Shown here in pieces: positions 45,380-57,273 of a stretch of DNA of 64,000 nt (within the stretch, counting starts at the first letter, position 1; every line of letters begins with the position of its first letter). Source of the DNA: Tieghemostelium lacteum (lineage: Eukaryota); the NCBI GenBank assembly GCA_001606155.1, contig LODT01000035.1, positions 484,658-548,657 of the forward strand. The letters are read 5' to 3'. Under the pieces are notes generated by a model, which was given only the letters and a program-made list of their open reading frames with translations, did no database searches and was not told the DNA's origin. The translations under genes and the position numbers were made by a program.

Positions 45380-46079
45380 TAAATGGGATGATACTCTATT
45401 TACTCATATTTTTAAAATCTATATAATATATGTTTATATGGGTTTTTTTTTTAATGGAGATATCAATCTATCAAAAAAAATCACCCATTCTTTTGTTTTT
45501 TTTCCAATGGGGAAGAATGGGAGTATTTACTTATTATAGATTAAAAAGTATCAGAATAATATTAATAATGGTGTCCAATACCACACCCACAAAAATACAC
45601 TGTAAAGATATCTCAACTAAAACTTGTTATTTCAATCTTTACCTTTATTAATTGTTAAAAATCAACTAAACAAACTATTGTTTTTTAATTAAATCTGTTT
45701 TTATTTAGATATTTAAAACTGTGTTATAAAGATCTTATCTCACTCTCTTTGATATTTTGAAAAGATAATTATTGTTCTATCTATCTATGCTTTTGTTATT
45801 GCAAACACTTGTTGTCATCTAACTAGAATTTTAAGAAAAAAAAAATTCAATATTACCAACAAACATCAAATAATTCTCATCTTTTGACTTTAACACACAT
45901 ACCGCTTGTTGTTGTTGTTGTTGTTAGTTTAATTAATTAAAAATTTCACTTTATTTAGTTTTTTTCAAATATTTATATATTTATAGAATTTATTTAATAT
46001 TAATAGAAAATATTTATATATTAATATAATTTATTTATTATTATTTTAAAATTATTATTGTTATTATAATTGGTTAATA

Positions 46080-48734
46080 ATGATTAGAGACAGGATGCTT
46101 GACATTAGAAGTCTAGGAAATAAATTAAATTCTCCATCACCAACACCTTCAAAGAGTAAAGTGAATTCATTGATTAATGAAGTAGAACTTCAACAAAATC
46201 GTCTAGCAACCTTTGGTGTTAGATCACATGATTTTAACAATAGTGGAAGCCTTTCACATAGTGATGATCAATCTGTTCTAACCATGTCCAATGAGCATCC
46301 TCACCAATTTCATAGCGAGCAATCACTCTACAACGATGACTCTGATGATAGCGAAGACGAAGAAGATGATGAAATCACAGTACACAATATGTTAAATATA
46401 CTCTCTAAATCAGCTTCAGTCGTTCGTACCAATGAAAAACTTCAATCTAATAACACCAAGCCTCTCAATCAATCTCAATTAATTCCAAATTCCAAATCTT
46501 TATCAAAAATTTTACATCCTCAAAGTTCATCACATTCTTTGATTCCTAGTCATATAAATACCAATACCAATACAAATAATAATAACAATAGTACCAACCA
46601 AAATAGAAGTCAATCGAATTCCTCACCACATCCAGATGATGCTGCTGAGGCACCTTCATTATCATCACCTTCAAGTGAAGATGAACTAAGTGATATGGAT
46701 GAAGATGAATCATCAAGTCCTATTCAAGGTCAAGGTCAAAAGTTCTCATCATTGACTATAAACTCTCCAAAAACAAATAAGATGTCTTTGGGAGGAGGTC
46801 AAGGCATGGGACACCAGGGATCATCTTCTCAGGCTAATATCATGCGAAATGTCCCAAAGAACTGTTCTTACAGCCAATGCTGTATATGTAATTATGGACC
46901 ACCCCCATCATTCTTTACTAGTGCTCCAACATGGGCTGATATATGTTATATTGGTCTGTATTGTTTGACTATTAGTAAACCTGAAATCAAGTATTTTCAC
47001 ATTAAAAAGGATATTTGCACCTTTATTGATGCACATTATGAAACTATATGCATGAGAAAGAGAACTTCAATATGGAGACAAACAGTCAATATGACTTTAT
47101 CACATCCACAGTATTTTGAAATGTTCCAACAAGAGTCTGCTTTGGAAAATGGTAGAAAAGGGTACTATGGTCTAAAACAAATTCATGATCCATATGAACA
47201 TACTGCACTTAATAAACGATCGAGAAGAAAGAGAAGACACGAACAAAAACTCATTCAAGAGGAGATGAAAAGGAATGGTCAATATTCAAGTTTACTCTTG
47301 AATTCACCAACACCTCAAACTCCAATCTCTGCAATAATCTCTGCAACTACATCTCCAATTCAAAATCAATCTCAAAATACAACTCCATCACACCCACCTC
47401 AACAAATGTCTTCACCTACTAGTTCAAATTTACATCACTCCAATAACAACAATAACAATAATAGTAGTAATAGTCAAAAATCACCATTTCTTCGTATTGA
47501 TATTCAACAAGCTCCACCATCACTATTGGCAAATACATCATCATCCAATAGTAATGAGTGTAGTAAAAAAATTAAATTGAATAACGATAGATCTATCATT
47601 TTACCTCTACCTACTAAATCATCAAGTTCATCTAAAGGTAGTTTTGATGATATTCTAAATGCACATAATTCACAAAATGATGATTTGGATTTCCATTCAT
47701 TTAAATATGCAAAGAATATTTTACCAAAATTAGAAGACGAAGATGATGATACCCTACAATCAAATGTTTTTGATAGTGAAAGAGAAGTCCCAAGATTAAA
47801 TAGTTCTGGTAGTAGATCAACAACTCCTCTGAATAAATTACTTTTAGAGAGTAAAATTTCAAACAATAATAATAATAATAATTTAATATGTAATAGTAGA
47901 TCAAATTCACCATTTCCACATGTTCAACAACAACCTCCACAACAAGCACCACAACAATTACAACAACTTCAGCAGTCACCACAAACTAGTAGATCATCCT
48001 CACCATCTAATAGTAGTCCAAATAATAATAATAGTATTAATAATATGTCGAATGTATCTCTTAGTAATTCTGGTTCTGGCACCTGTTGGAGTGGTGTTAG
48101 TGGAATAAGTTTATCATCAAGTGGTAATAATAATAACAATAATAATAATAACTTGGATGATGATATGGAATTGGATGACGATGATGATGACGATGATGAT
48201 GAATCACCAAAGAAACGTATGAGAAAGACTACAAGACCAGAGGAAAAATCAATGTTGGAGAAATATTATCAGATACATTACTGTTCCAATGCTAAACATT
48301 GTAAAGAGGAATTACAGATTCTCTCTCAAACCTTAGGCTGGAAAGTTAATAGAATACAACGTTGGTTAGATAATAGAAGAACTAAAGATAAATTAAAGAA
48401 TCTTCGTAGTCAGGATAGAAATTCATCAACATTGTATAATAGTAACCCAAATAGCTCATCTTCCTCTTCGAATTTAACTAGTTTTTCAATATCAAGTTCA
48501 CCCATTTTACCAATTAGTAGTTTTCCAACTTCCTCATCATCTTCAAATCCTCTAGTTCCGAATAACAGTAACAGTAGCACCAAAACAAGACAATCACCAA
48601 TACATTTCTCTCAACCTAAACAACAACAACAATTTATAATTTCCAATCATCAACAACAATCAAATAACAATGGAGGTTTTAGAAACAATCTTCCAGTGAT
48701 ATCTTCATCAAATATAAACAGTCTACTAAACTGA
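46080..48734 (+). CDS. Homeobox-domain transcription factor, 884 aa, with an upstream Cys/His-rich region of unknown type
   Basis: Homeodomain KKRMRKTTRPEEKSMLEKYYQIHYCSNAKHCKEELQILSQTLGWKVNRIQRWLDNRRTKDK (helix 3 WxxNRR). It is preceded by an acidic D-run. The rest is low complexity, poly-N/Q/S. Confidence 0.75.
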   Translation: MIRDRMLDIRSLGNKLNSPSPTPSKSKVNSLINEVELQQNRLATFGVRSHDFNNSGSLSHSDDQSVLTMSNEHPHQFHSEQSLYNDDSDDSEDEEDDEITVHNMLNILSKSASVVRTNEKLQSNNTKPLNQSQLIPNSKSLSKILHPQSSSHSLIPSHINTNTNTNNNNNSTNQNRSQSNSSPHPDDAAEAPSLSSPSSEDELSDMDEDESSSPIQGQGQKFSSLTINSPKTNKMSLGGGQGMGHQGSSSQANIMRNVPKNCSYSQCCICNYGPPPSFFTSAPTWADICYIGLYCLTISKPEIKYFHIKKDICTFIDAHYETICMRKRTSIWRQTVNMTLSHPQYFEMFQQESALENGRKGYYGLKQIHDPYEHTALNKRSRRKRRHEQKLIQEEMKRNGQYSSLLLNSPTPQTPISAIISATTSPIQNQSQNTTPSHPPQQMSSPTSSNLHHSNNNNNNNSSNSQKSPFLRIDIQQAPPSLLANTSSSNSNECSKKIKLNNDRSIILPLPTKSSSSSKGSFDDILNAHNSQNDDLDFHSFKYAKNILPKLEDEDDDTLQSNVFDSEREVPRLNSSGSRSTTPLNKLLLESKISNNNNNNNLICNSRSNSPFPHVQQQPPQQAPQQLQQLQQSPQTSRSSSPSNSSPNNNNSINNMSNVSLSNSGSGTCWSGVSGISLSSSGNNNNNNNNNLDDDMELDDDDDDDDDESPKKRMRKTTRPEEKSMLEKYYQIHYCSNAKHCKEELQILSQTLGWKVNRIQRWLDNRRTKDKLKNLRSQDRNSSTLYNSNPNSSSSSSNLTSFSISSSPILPISSFPTSSSSSNPLVPNNSNSSTKTRQSPIHFSQPKQQQQFIISNHQQQSNNNGGFRNNLPVISSSNINSLLN

Positions 48735-49082
48735 GAGTGGTGAAAATCAGAAATAAAAATTATTCATATTTTTACCAAAAAATAATATCTTGGATCATCT
48801 TTAGATATTTTTGTTTTGAAATTTTTTTTTTTTAGACAAATAGTTTTTTTTAACTTATCTCATTGTAATTGTCTTTTGATTGTCTCTTATTGTGTACAAT
48901 ATATTCTACACCTTTACATCTATATTTAAATATTTTATTTTGATTGAGATATATTTATCAAACGATAAAAAATATCAAAAAACAAATTCTTTTTTTTTTT
49001 TTTTAATTTTTTTTCATCCAACTTGTTATTAGACAGATCTGTTTTAGAACATTGTTTCTATTAATTAAAAACAATATAAACA

Positions 49083-51493
49083 ATGTCAAGTAGTAATTTA
49101 TCAAATCAAGGAGCCGCAATGGGCTCTGATTTATTTGATGTAATCACACAACAAGATCAAGTGAAAGGTGACGTTTTGGCAAAAAGTTTGTATAGAAGAT
49201 TTAGGAAATCTCAATATAGTGTCTACACACATTTTTCTCAATAGTTTTTTAGCTAACATTTTAAATTAAACAATTAGACCAAAAGTTACTTTTTGATTTA
49301 AAGAGAGAGATATCACTTTCAAGTAAAAACAACTTTACATTGGATAGAGATGTAAAGATTATTGATAAAAAGATTGCATTGTTGGTAAAGAATAGAATAT
49401 CTTTAGAGGATGTTCTTCAGTCTGGTGAAGCACTGGACTTGAATTCCAAGACGACAACAATCAAGGATAAGTCAAAACGTGAATTTTACGGACAATTGTT
49501 TTACCTTTTACAAAACAATACACATTACATTGCACAGCTTGCAAAGTTGGTAAAGGTCGGTGAGATTGATAATCTACTGCAATGTGTAATGTTTACACTC
49601 TACGGTAACCAGTATGAGGAGAAAGAGGAACATTTACTATTGTCAATGTTTCAGAAGGTACTTCAAGAGGAGTTCAAAGAGGCAACTTCTATAGGGTCAC
49701 TATTGAGAGCTAATACAGCTTTGACTAGAATGATGACTACCTATACTCGTAGGGGTCCTGGTCAACAGTACCTCAAACAGAGTCTCATTAAACCTCTACA
49801 GAATATCACCAATGAAAGAGACATGAATCTTGAAGTCAATCCCTCAACAGTCTACGAAGCCTATATAAATGATTATGAGACTAAAACTGGAAAACCCTCA
49901 CCTCTAAAGAGAAAAGTCTCACCTGAAGAGTGTGCACAGAATCCTCAAGTTAAGGAGATCATTGCTCCTCGAATTGAAAAACTCATCTCTCTAGGAGACG
50001 CATTTCTCGATTCTATCATAGGGTCTCTCGACTCTGTACCCTATGGAATCCGTTGGATCTGCAAACAAATCAAGGAACTAGTTGAAAAGAAATTTGCACC
50101 AAATGTCACCCAATCTCAAACCTGTGGTCTTATTGGTGGTTTCTTTTTACTCCGTTACATTAACCCTGCTATCGTTACACCAACAGCCTTCATGTTGGTT
50201 GAAAACATTCTTCCAAACTCCAAGAAAAACCTCACCTACCCAGCCAAGATGCTTCAGAATCTAGCTAACAATGTAATGTTTGGTGGAGTTAAAGAGTTTT
50301 TTATGGAGCCTTTGAATGTCTTTCTCAACAAGAACAGAGATCGTCTAAATGATTTCCTAGAAAAACTCACCAAAGTCGAGAATTTAGATGAGAATCTCAA
50401 CATGGACCAATATGTAGCACTGGGTAAATCCACAGAGACTAATATCACTATTACTCTCAATGAAATGTATTTTGTACATTCTCTACTGGAGCAACATATT
50501 AATGTATTGGCACCTAATCCTGATGATCCTTTGAGACTTATTCTATCTGATTTGGGTCCTGCCGCACCACAATTATCTCGTGCTGAGAATGCCAATGTCG
50601 AATTGAAACTCATTAATAGATTTGCAGATCAACAGGCAGAGTCGTCGAACCCCGACCAAATCTACACTGAAACTAAACATCTTCTCTTTAATGTACTCAG
50701 AGAGATGGCAACCTACAACAAACAGGTACCACAAAGTCAACAGATTACTAGTTTTGCTGCAATGTTTCAAGTGGCTGCCAATGCAAAGAATCTGGAATTG
50801 CAAGACAATCTCAAGAAGATTGTGGTTAATATGAAGATTCTCATTCAGAAACATAACTATGCTCACAATGATCAGGATATGATTGGCAAGATGAAGAAGG
50901 ATTTGGTAAATGAGTTTTTTAATTTTGATGCTCATATTCAAAAGTCAAATAGTGATTTGGAAAAACTCAAACAGGTCTTGGCAGCCATACAAGAACACAA
51001 TGTATTTCTACAACAACAAATCAAAGTCTACGAAGAGTATCTTAATAATGTGAAGGCTAGTTATGATACTGCTGATTCTTCAAAGAAAAAAGATAAGAAA
51101 AAAGATAAAAAGGACAAGGATTCAAAGACTACTACTACTACCACCAGTGGTAGTTCATCTCCTAAATCCTCTAAAAAGGGTCCATTTAAATTTGCATACT
51201 CTCAATTGGAGAAGGATGGAATGATCATAGAATCAGAGGTACCTAATGACAAGAGATCTATGATATTTTTTAATTTTACCTCTGAACAACCTGGTATTTT
51301 TGATGTAGTTTTAATGTATAGAAATGTAAGCGTAACTGAAATACGTCTACAATTGGATGAATTATTAGAAATGCAATCCGTCGGAAAAGTTGAATATGAA
51401 ACTGATTTTATTAAATTAAATGTTAATCTATTAATATTTTTATTAAATAAAACTTTTGTCACTGGTGATAATCCAGTTGACAAAAAAAAATAA
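49083..51493 (+). CDS. IQGAP-related RasGAP-domain protein (DGAP1/GAPA family); join(49083..49185,49278..51493), about 772 aa
   Basis: GAP-related domain hallmarks LLRANTALTRMMTTYTRRGPGQQYLKQSL and GLIGGFFLLRYINPAIVTP (the FLR...NPAIVSP motif of IQGAPs), followed by a RasGAP_C region. N-terminal exon MSSSNLSNQGAAMGSDLFDVITQQDQVKGDVLAK. A 92-nt intron has a GTTTGT donor and an AATTAG acceptor. Confidence 0.75.
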
Positions 51494-51673
51494 TAATTAA
51501 TAATAATAATAAAACAACAATAAAATATTTTACAATTAAGTTTAACTACTATTTTAGAATGACTTTTTTTTTTGGAAGTTAAGTTCTTAATGAATATAAT
51601 TTAAATATCAATTATTTTCTGAAATAATATTTTATTTTTTTTTTTTTTTTTTTTAAATTTCTTCATTTGAAAC

Positions 51674-54600
51674 ATGTATGGCTTATCTCAAGATCTTGGT
51701 AACTTAGGCCTTAACAAAAAAAAGAATGATTTTGATGAGAATTTAAATACTCTCAATTCAAATAATTTGGTATTTCAGGATAATGATAATTCACAAACTC
51801 AAAATAATATGGAGTTCGAAGACGACTCTGAGGATTCACAGGATGATGATAACGTAGATGATGATGATTACGAATTTGAAGATGAACCTAGTAATAGTAA
51901 TAGTCAAATGGATAATTCTCAGTCACAAAACAACAATGCCTATGGATATTTAGCAAATAACAATAATCCATATAATAGTCTATTCAATTCACAACAACAG
52001 GACCCATCTTTTGCAAATTCACGTCTAAACTTTGAGGAGCCGGACGAAATTAATGAATCCCTAAATATTAATTTACCACCACACGCTTGCACGTATGTAT
52101 TCTAACGTTTTTTATCTTCAACAACCTTATATACTAATAACGAATAATGTTCTACAGATATTGTGGAAATCATGATTTATTAACAGTTGTTCAATGTAAA
52201 CATATGAATTGTGGTAAATGGTTTTGTAATGGTAATGGTAAAACCAGTTCATCACATATTGTTACACATTTGGTAAAATCAAAGCACAGAGAGATTGCAT
52301 TACATCCAGAATCACCTTTTGGTGATACTATTCTAGAGTGTTACAACTGCGGTTGTAAAAATATATTTCTTTTAGGATTTATAACTGCAAAGACTGAATC
52401 TGTTGTAATTCTACTCTGTAGAGAACCATGTGCAACTTCTCCTACTAATGTAGGTACATGGGATATTGCCAATTGGAAACCACTAATTAGTGGTTCTGAT
52501 AGATCATTCTTACCATGGTTGGTCAAAGTACCTTCCTCTCAAGACCAAGAACGTGCACGTCAAATTACACTCAAACAAATTCTCAAACTTGAGGATTTTT
52601 GGAAATCAGATCCAACTGCATCTATAGAGGATGTTGAAAAACCTGGTAATGACGAAACACCAAATCCTACACTACTAACCTATGTAGATGCCTACCAATA
52701 CCAAGATACACTATTACCTTTAATAACATTGGAATCTCTTCATGAGAAACAACTTAGAGAGTCTCTATCCATGGATGGAATCTCAGTGGTTTGGGAACAG
52801 GGTTTAAATAGACGTTGGGCTGCAACATTTAATTTCTCTCGTGCAGATTCAGAATTTAAAATCATTGCAGGTGATGAACTAAAAATTCTCTGTAAGGAAA
52901 TTGATTGGGAGGAAACAGGTAGAGTCACAAAGATTGAAAATGAATGTGACATTTTCTTACAGGTTCCTAAAATTCCACCACAACTTACAGACTCACCAAC
53001 TCACCTAAAGTATCGTGTTGAGATGGTTTGGCGTTCAACTTCATTTGAAAGAATGAGCGCTGCTTTGAAATCTTTTGCAATGAAAAAACAATCATTGTCA
53101 TCTTATCTCTATCATGCATTATTAGGTCACGATTTACAACCACCTCCTCAAAATGTAGAGTTACCTCAATCCTACAGTCTTAACAATCTACCAATATTGA
53201 ATCAATCTCAAATTGAGGCTGCTAATAATGTATTAAGATCACCATTGTCTTTGATCCAGGGTCCTCCAGGTACTGGTAAAACTGTAATCTCTGCTTTCAT
53301 TGTAAATCAATTTGTAAAGAAAATTCAACAACGTGAGAAGGTTTTGGTTTGTACTCCTTCTAATGTTGCTATTGATCAATTGACTGGTCAGTTACATCGT
53401 ATTGGTTTGAAAGTTGTTAGATTATGCTCTAAACTTCGTGAGGAGTTTGATTCACCTGTTGAATATCTGACTTTACATCATCAGACTTATAAACTAGATA
53501 AAGCTGGTAATAGTGAACTTTCAAAATTACAAAGATTGAAGCAAGAAACCTCACATTTAGATGACAAGGATGAAAGACGTTATCTTCACCTAAAAAGAGG
53601 TATTGAGCAAGAGATTTTAAGAAAAGCCGATGTTATTTGTACAACTTGTGTTGGTGCTGGTGATCCTAGACTCAGCGCATTTAAATTCCCTTACGTACTT
53701 ATTGATGAGGCTACCCAAGCTTGTGAACCTGAATGTCTAATTCCATTGGTTATGGGTGCTAAACAAGTTGTTCTTGTAGGTGATCATTGTCAATTAGGTC
53801 CAGTTTTGTTCAGTAGAAAAGTAATTGAAGCTGGTTTATCTAATACTCTTTTTGAGAGACTTATTAGATTAGGACACCATCCACAACGTCTTAAAACTCA
53901 ATATCGTATGCATCAATCACTCTCAGAGTTTCCTTCCAATACATTATACGATGGTCAATTGGTTAGTGGTTTATCTGTGGATGATAGAAGTGACTCTACT
54001 AAATTCCCATGGCCACAACCTAAACATCCAATGTTCTTCTACAATTGCACAGGTTCAGAGGAAATATCATCAAGTGGTACTTCATTTGTTAATATTCTCG
54101 AAGCATCTACTTGTGAAAAGATTGTAACTAAATTTTTGGAATTGGGTGCTAAACCATCTCAAATTGGTATTATTACTCCATATGAAGGTCAAAGAGCTTT
54201 CATTACTACCAATATGACAAAGACTGGTAAACTCTCTGCTGATCTCTATCGTGAGATTGAAGTTGCCTCTGTTGATTCTTTCCAAGGTAGAGAAAAGGAT
54301 TATATTATCCTATCTTGTGTACGTTCAAATGACTATCAAGGTATTGGTTTCCTTCAAGATCCTCGTAGACTTAACGTCGCCTTAACTCGTGCTCGTTATG
54401 GTCTTATTATTCTAGGTAACGCAAGGGTACTCAGTAAGAATCAACTATGGAACAATCTAATTAACCACTTTAAATCCAAAAAGGTTTTAGTTGAAGGCTC
54501 ACTTGCCAATCTAAAAGAATCTAATATTCAATTGGAAAAACCAAAGAAATTGTTTGGACAAGGTAGACTTCCAATTCCAGGACAAAACTCCAGTAACACC

Positions 54601-55020
54601 CCAAGTTTGAACCCAAGTAACATTGGTTTCTATGATGGATACAATAATGTTGATCCAAACTATGGACAATCTATGATCTATGGTTCCAGTCAACGTTTCT
54701 CTCAGAACATTAACACCTACCCTGGAAACATGGGTGGAAAATATCCAATTGCTCCAATTTCCAGTCAACAATATAGTCAACAGTACAATAACTCTCAACA
54801 GTACTATAACAGTTCTCAACAAGGACGTCAAGGTGGAAATGGAAATAACAATCAAAACAATAGATACTACGATAATTCTCAACCAACCTCCAATGGTTTC
54901 AGTCAACAATCTCAACCATCATCACAAGCCTCCTCTCAAAATGGTGATTATCATCTAAGTATCCCAATGTCACAATCTTTTAATTCCAGTTTAAATTCAC
55001 AAGATTCTTATAAAAAATAA
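51674..55020 (+). CDS. upf1: Regulator of nonsense transcripts 1 (UPF1) RNA helicase; join(51674..52092,52158..55020), about 1093 aa
   Basis: CH zinc-knuckle domain LPPHACT / YCGNHDLLTVVQCKHMNCGKWFCNGNGKTSSSHIVTHLVKSKHREIALHPESPFGDTILECYNCGCKNIFLLGFI is near-identical to human UPF1. Helicase motifs: GPPGTGKT, VLVCTPSNVAIDQL, DEATQACEPE, QYRMH, FQGREKD, LNVALTRAR. Q/N/S-rich C-terminus. A 65-nt intron has a GTATGT donor and a TCTACAG acceptor. Confidence 0.9.
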
Positions 55021-55348
55021 GATCAAAATGTTCAGGTCATCATACAATCATAGCACATTACCTCGGATCCAAACAAAATCAAATTCCTTCTCCCTTCTTA
55101 TTCAAGTCAACTATAATATATCTCTAGAGTATTGAATATCTAGAGAGATTTTGATTGTTTATAAACCATCAAACTTTTCAATACTTTTAAAGGGATAGAA
55201 GACTAAATCTTCACGATGTCTCCAGATATATATATAATATTTTAAATGAAATAAAATTACTATAATGATAATAATAATTCTATCCTTTGCTGTTGTTGTT
55301 GTTTTTACTACTATTAAATTTATTTTCCCTATAATCTACCTATATAAT

Positions 55349-55791
55349 CTATTTATTTAACCATGGTCTTCTGGTTTTTGATTCTTTATAATTTTGATAA
55401 TCACCAGAAATATGATTTAATTCTGATGTATTGTCATTTAAAACATTTGAATGCAATAGAGCTTGAAACTTTTGCATTGATTCTTTTGATAATTGTTCAG
55501 TTGCGATCTTATTTTGATTTGCTGTCAATACAACATCAAAACATTGCTCCTCTAATTTCAAATCAGAGTATTTACTTAATAAATCGCTATAAATGGCAAC
55601 ATCTTGGGTTTTATTCTCTTTGACTCTTTTTAGTATAGAATCCAATGAATCTCTGTTGACTGATGTAATTCTGTGATGGTTTAATGTTAGAATTGATCTT
55701 CTATGATTAAAGTGACAGATAACTCATACTTGGTAGAAGTTGTATATTGTCTGGTGAAATTTAATGATCTGATTAATGTTCTAGGATACAT
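55349..55791 (-). CDS. Small hypothetical protein (about 127 aa) with a basic, mitochondrial-presequence-like N-terminal exon; complement(join(55349..55670,55730..55791))
   Basis: Exon 1 reads MYPRTLIRSLNFTRQYTTST(K). Exon 2 reads ITSVNRDSLDSILKRVKENKTQDVAIYSDLLSKYSDLKLEEQCFDVVLTANQNKIATEQLSKESMQKFQALL... A 59-nt intron has a GTATGA donor and a CATCACAG acceptor. No family assigned. Confidence 0.4.
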
Positions 55792-56065
55792 GGTTTATTA
55801 ATTGATATTATCTACAAAACTAAATAAAAAACAAAAAAAAATCAATTTTTTTGCAGTAATTATGCTTCGTATCTTGTTTGAAAATCATTGAAATTCGGAA
55901 AATTTTGATGAAATTTCACTATTTGTTTATCTTTTACATTTTAACTTTAATTAAAATGACATCAAGTAAAGATAATAAATTTTATAATTTAAAGATAATT
56001 GATGACGATGCATTATAATAAATTTTTATTTTTTAATATGAAATTTTTTTTTATGAAAATCAAAC

Positions 56066-57167
56066 ATGAGCAACGGTGTAACTCACCAACCCAACAGAAA
56101 ATCGGAGGATAACCACAAGAAGAAAAATGAAATATCCATTTGGGTCAAATATGAATCAGAGGCTCTATTTATATTTTGTGTAGTTGGTATATATATATTT
56201 TATTTATATTATGGTAAAGCTCAAGAGCAATTGTATGAATTCATCTTCGGACATTTAGTTTCATATTTTTTATTAGGTTATTAACACAATGCATTTTGAA
56301 TACAGAAATGCCATTTCGTATGGTGAAGAAAAAAAGAAATTTGGATTCACAGGTTTTTTACTATTTTCGCAATGTGTATTCAATGTTTTATCAGCATGGA
56401 TAGTATCGTTAATAGTTGGAGGTAAAAAAGATAGTACACCATTTTTAAAATATGGATTCGTTTCAACATTATTAGTTATTTCGACTTACTTAAGTAATCA
56501 CTCTATAAGATATATCAGTTACCCAAGTCAAGTACTAGCAAAATCATGTAAACCAGTACCTGTATTGATTATGGGTGTACTGTTCTTTAAGAGAAAATAT
56601 AATTTACTCAAATATTTCATTGTGGTTATTGTATGTATTGGTATAGCAATTTTTATGTACCCTCGTCGTTCAAAGAGTAATATTACCAATGAGGGTTACG
56701 ATCATATAACTGGCTATATTCTACTATTCAGTTCATTGATGATGGATGGCATAATGGGACCATTTCAAGATAAAATGGTGAGAACTTACAGACCTTCAGC
56801 TACTCATATGATGTTAAATACCAATATTTGGAATTGCATGTTATTTGCAATAATTACATTTTTAACAGGTGAATTTAAACCAGCTTTTGATTTCATTTTC
56901 CAATATCCAGAGGTTATACCAACTATTTTGGTATTTTGTATCACAAGTGCTATTGGCCAACAATTCATCTTTCTAACAACTAACAAACTTGGTTCACTAA
57001 ATTGCTCAACCATTACAACCACTAGAAAATTCTTTTCCATATTGGCTAGTATATTTTGGTTTGGCCACAAGATAAATAGTCAACAATGGTTTGCAATAGG
57101 TTTAGTATTTTTTGGTTTAGGTTTAGATGTAGTACAAAGTTATGCATCCAAACCAAAAATTAACTAA
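56066..57167 (+). CDS. Nucleotide-sugar transporter, SLC35B family (UAA/UGTrel-type); join(56066..56232,56306..57167), about 342 aa
   Basis: ...IFCVVGIYIFYLYYGKAQEQ(L) / NAISYGEEKKKFGFTGFLLFSQCVFNVL...YPSQVLAKSCKPVPVLIMGVLFFKRKY...[26 protein letters not shown] aligns with human SLC35B1 ([20 protein letters not shown]...[22 protein letters not shown]). A 73-nt intron has a GTATGA donor and an ATACAG acceptor. Confidence 0.8.
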
Positions 57168-57273
57168 AATAAATCGGCACATATCCAAAATTGCGATAAT
57201 TAATCATATAGATATTAATAAATTGATTGTTTCTAATTATTTTATTATTTTAAACTTTAGTATGTATAGAAGT

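Noticed and set aside
45225-45651. ORFs 45225..45539 and 45430..45651 in the long intergenic region
   Set aside because: They arise from GT-rich regulatory-like repeats (Cys/Val-rich translation). Start codons are non-ATG. No coding periodicity.
47504-48108. Antisense or alternative-frame ORFs within the homeobox gene
   Set aside because: Low-complexity repeats (poly-N/poly-D coding) read in other frames.
52341-54958. Several 60-130 aa ORFs on the minus strand or +1 frame inside UPF1
   Set aside because: They lie wholly inside a strongly conserved helicase CDS. No independent support.
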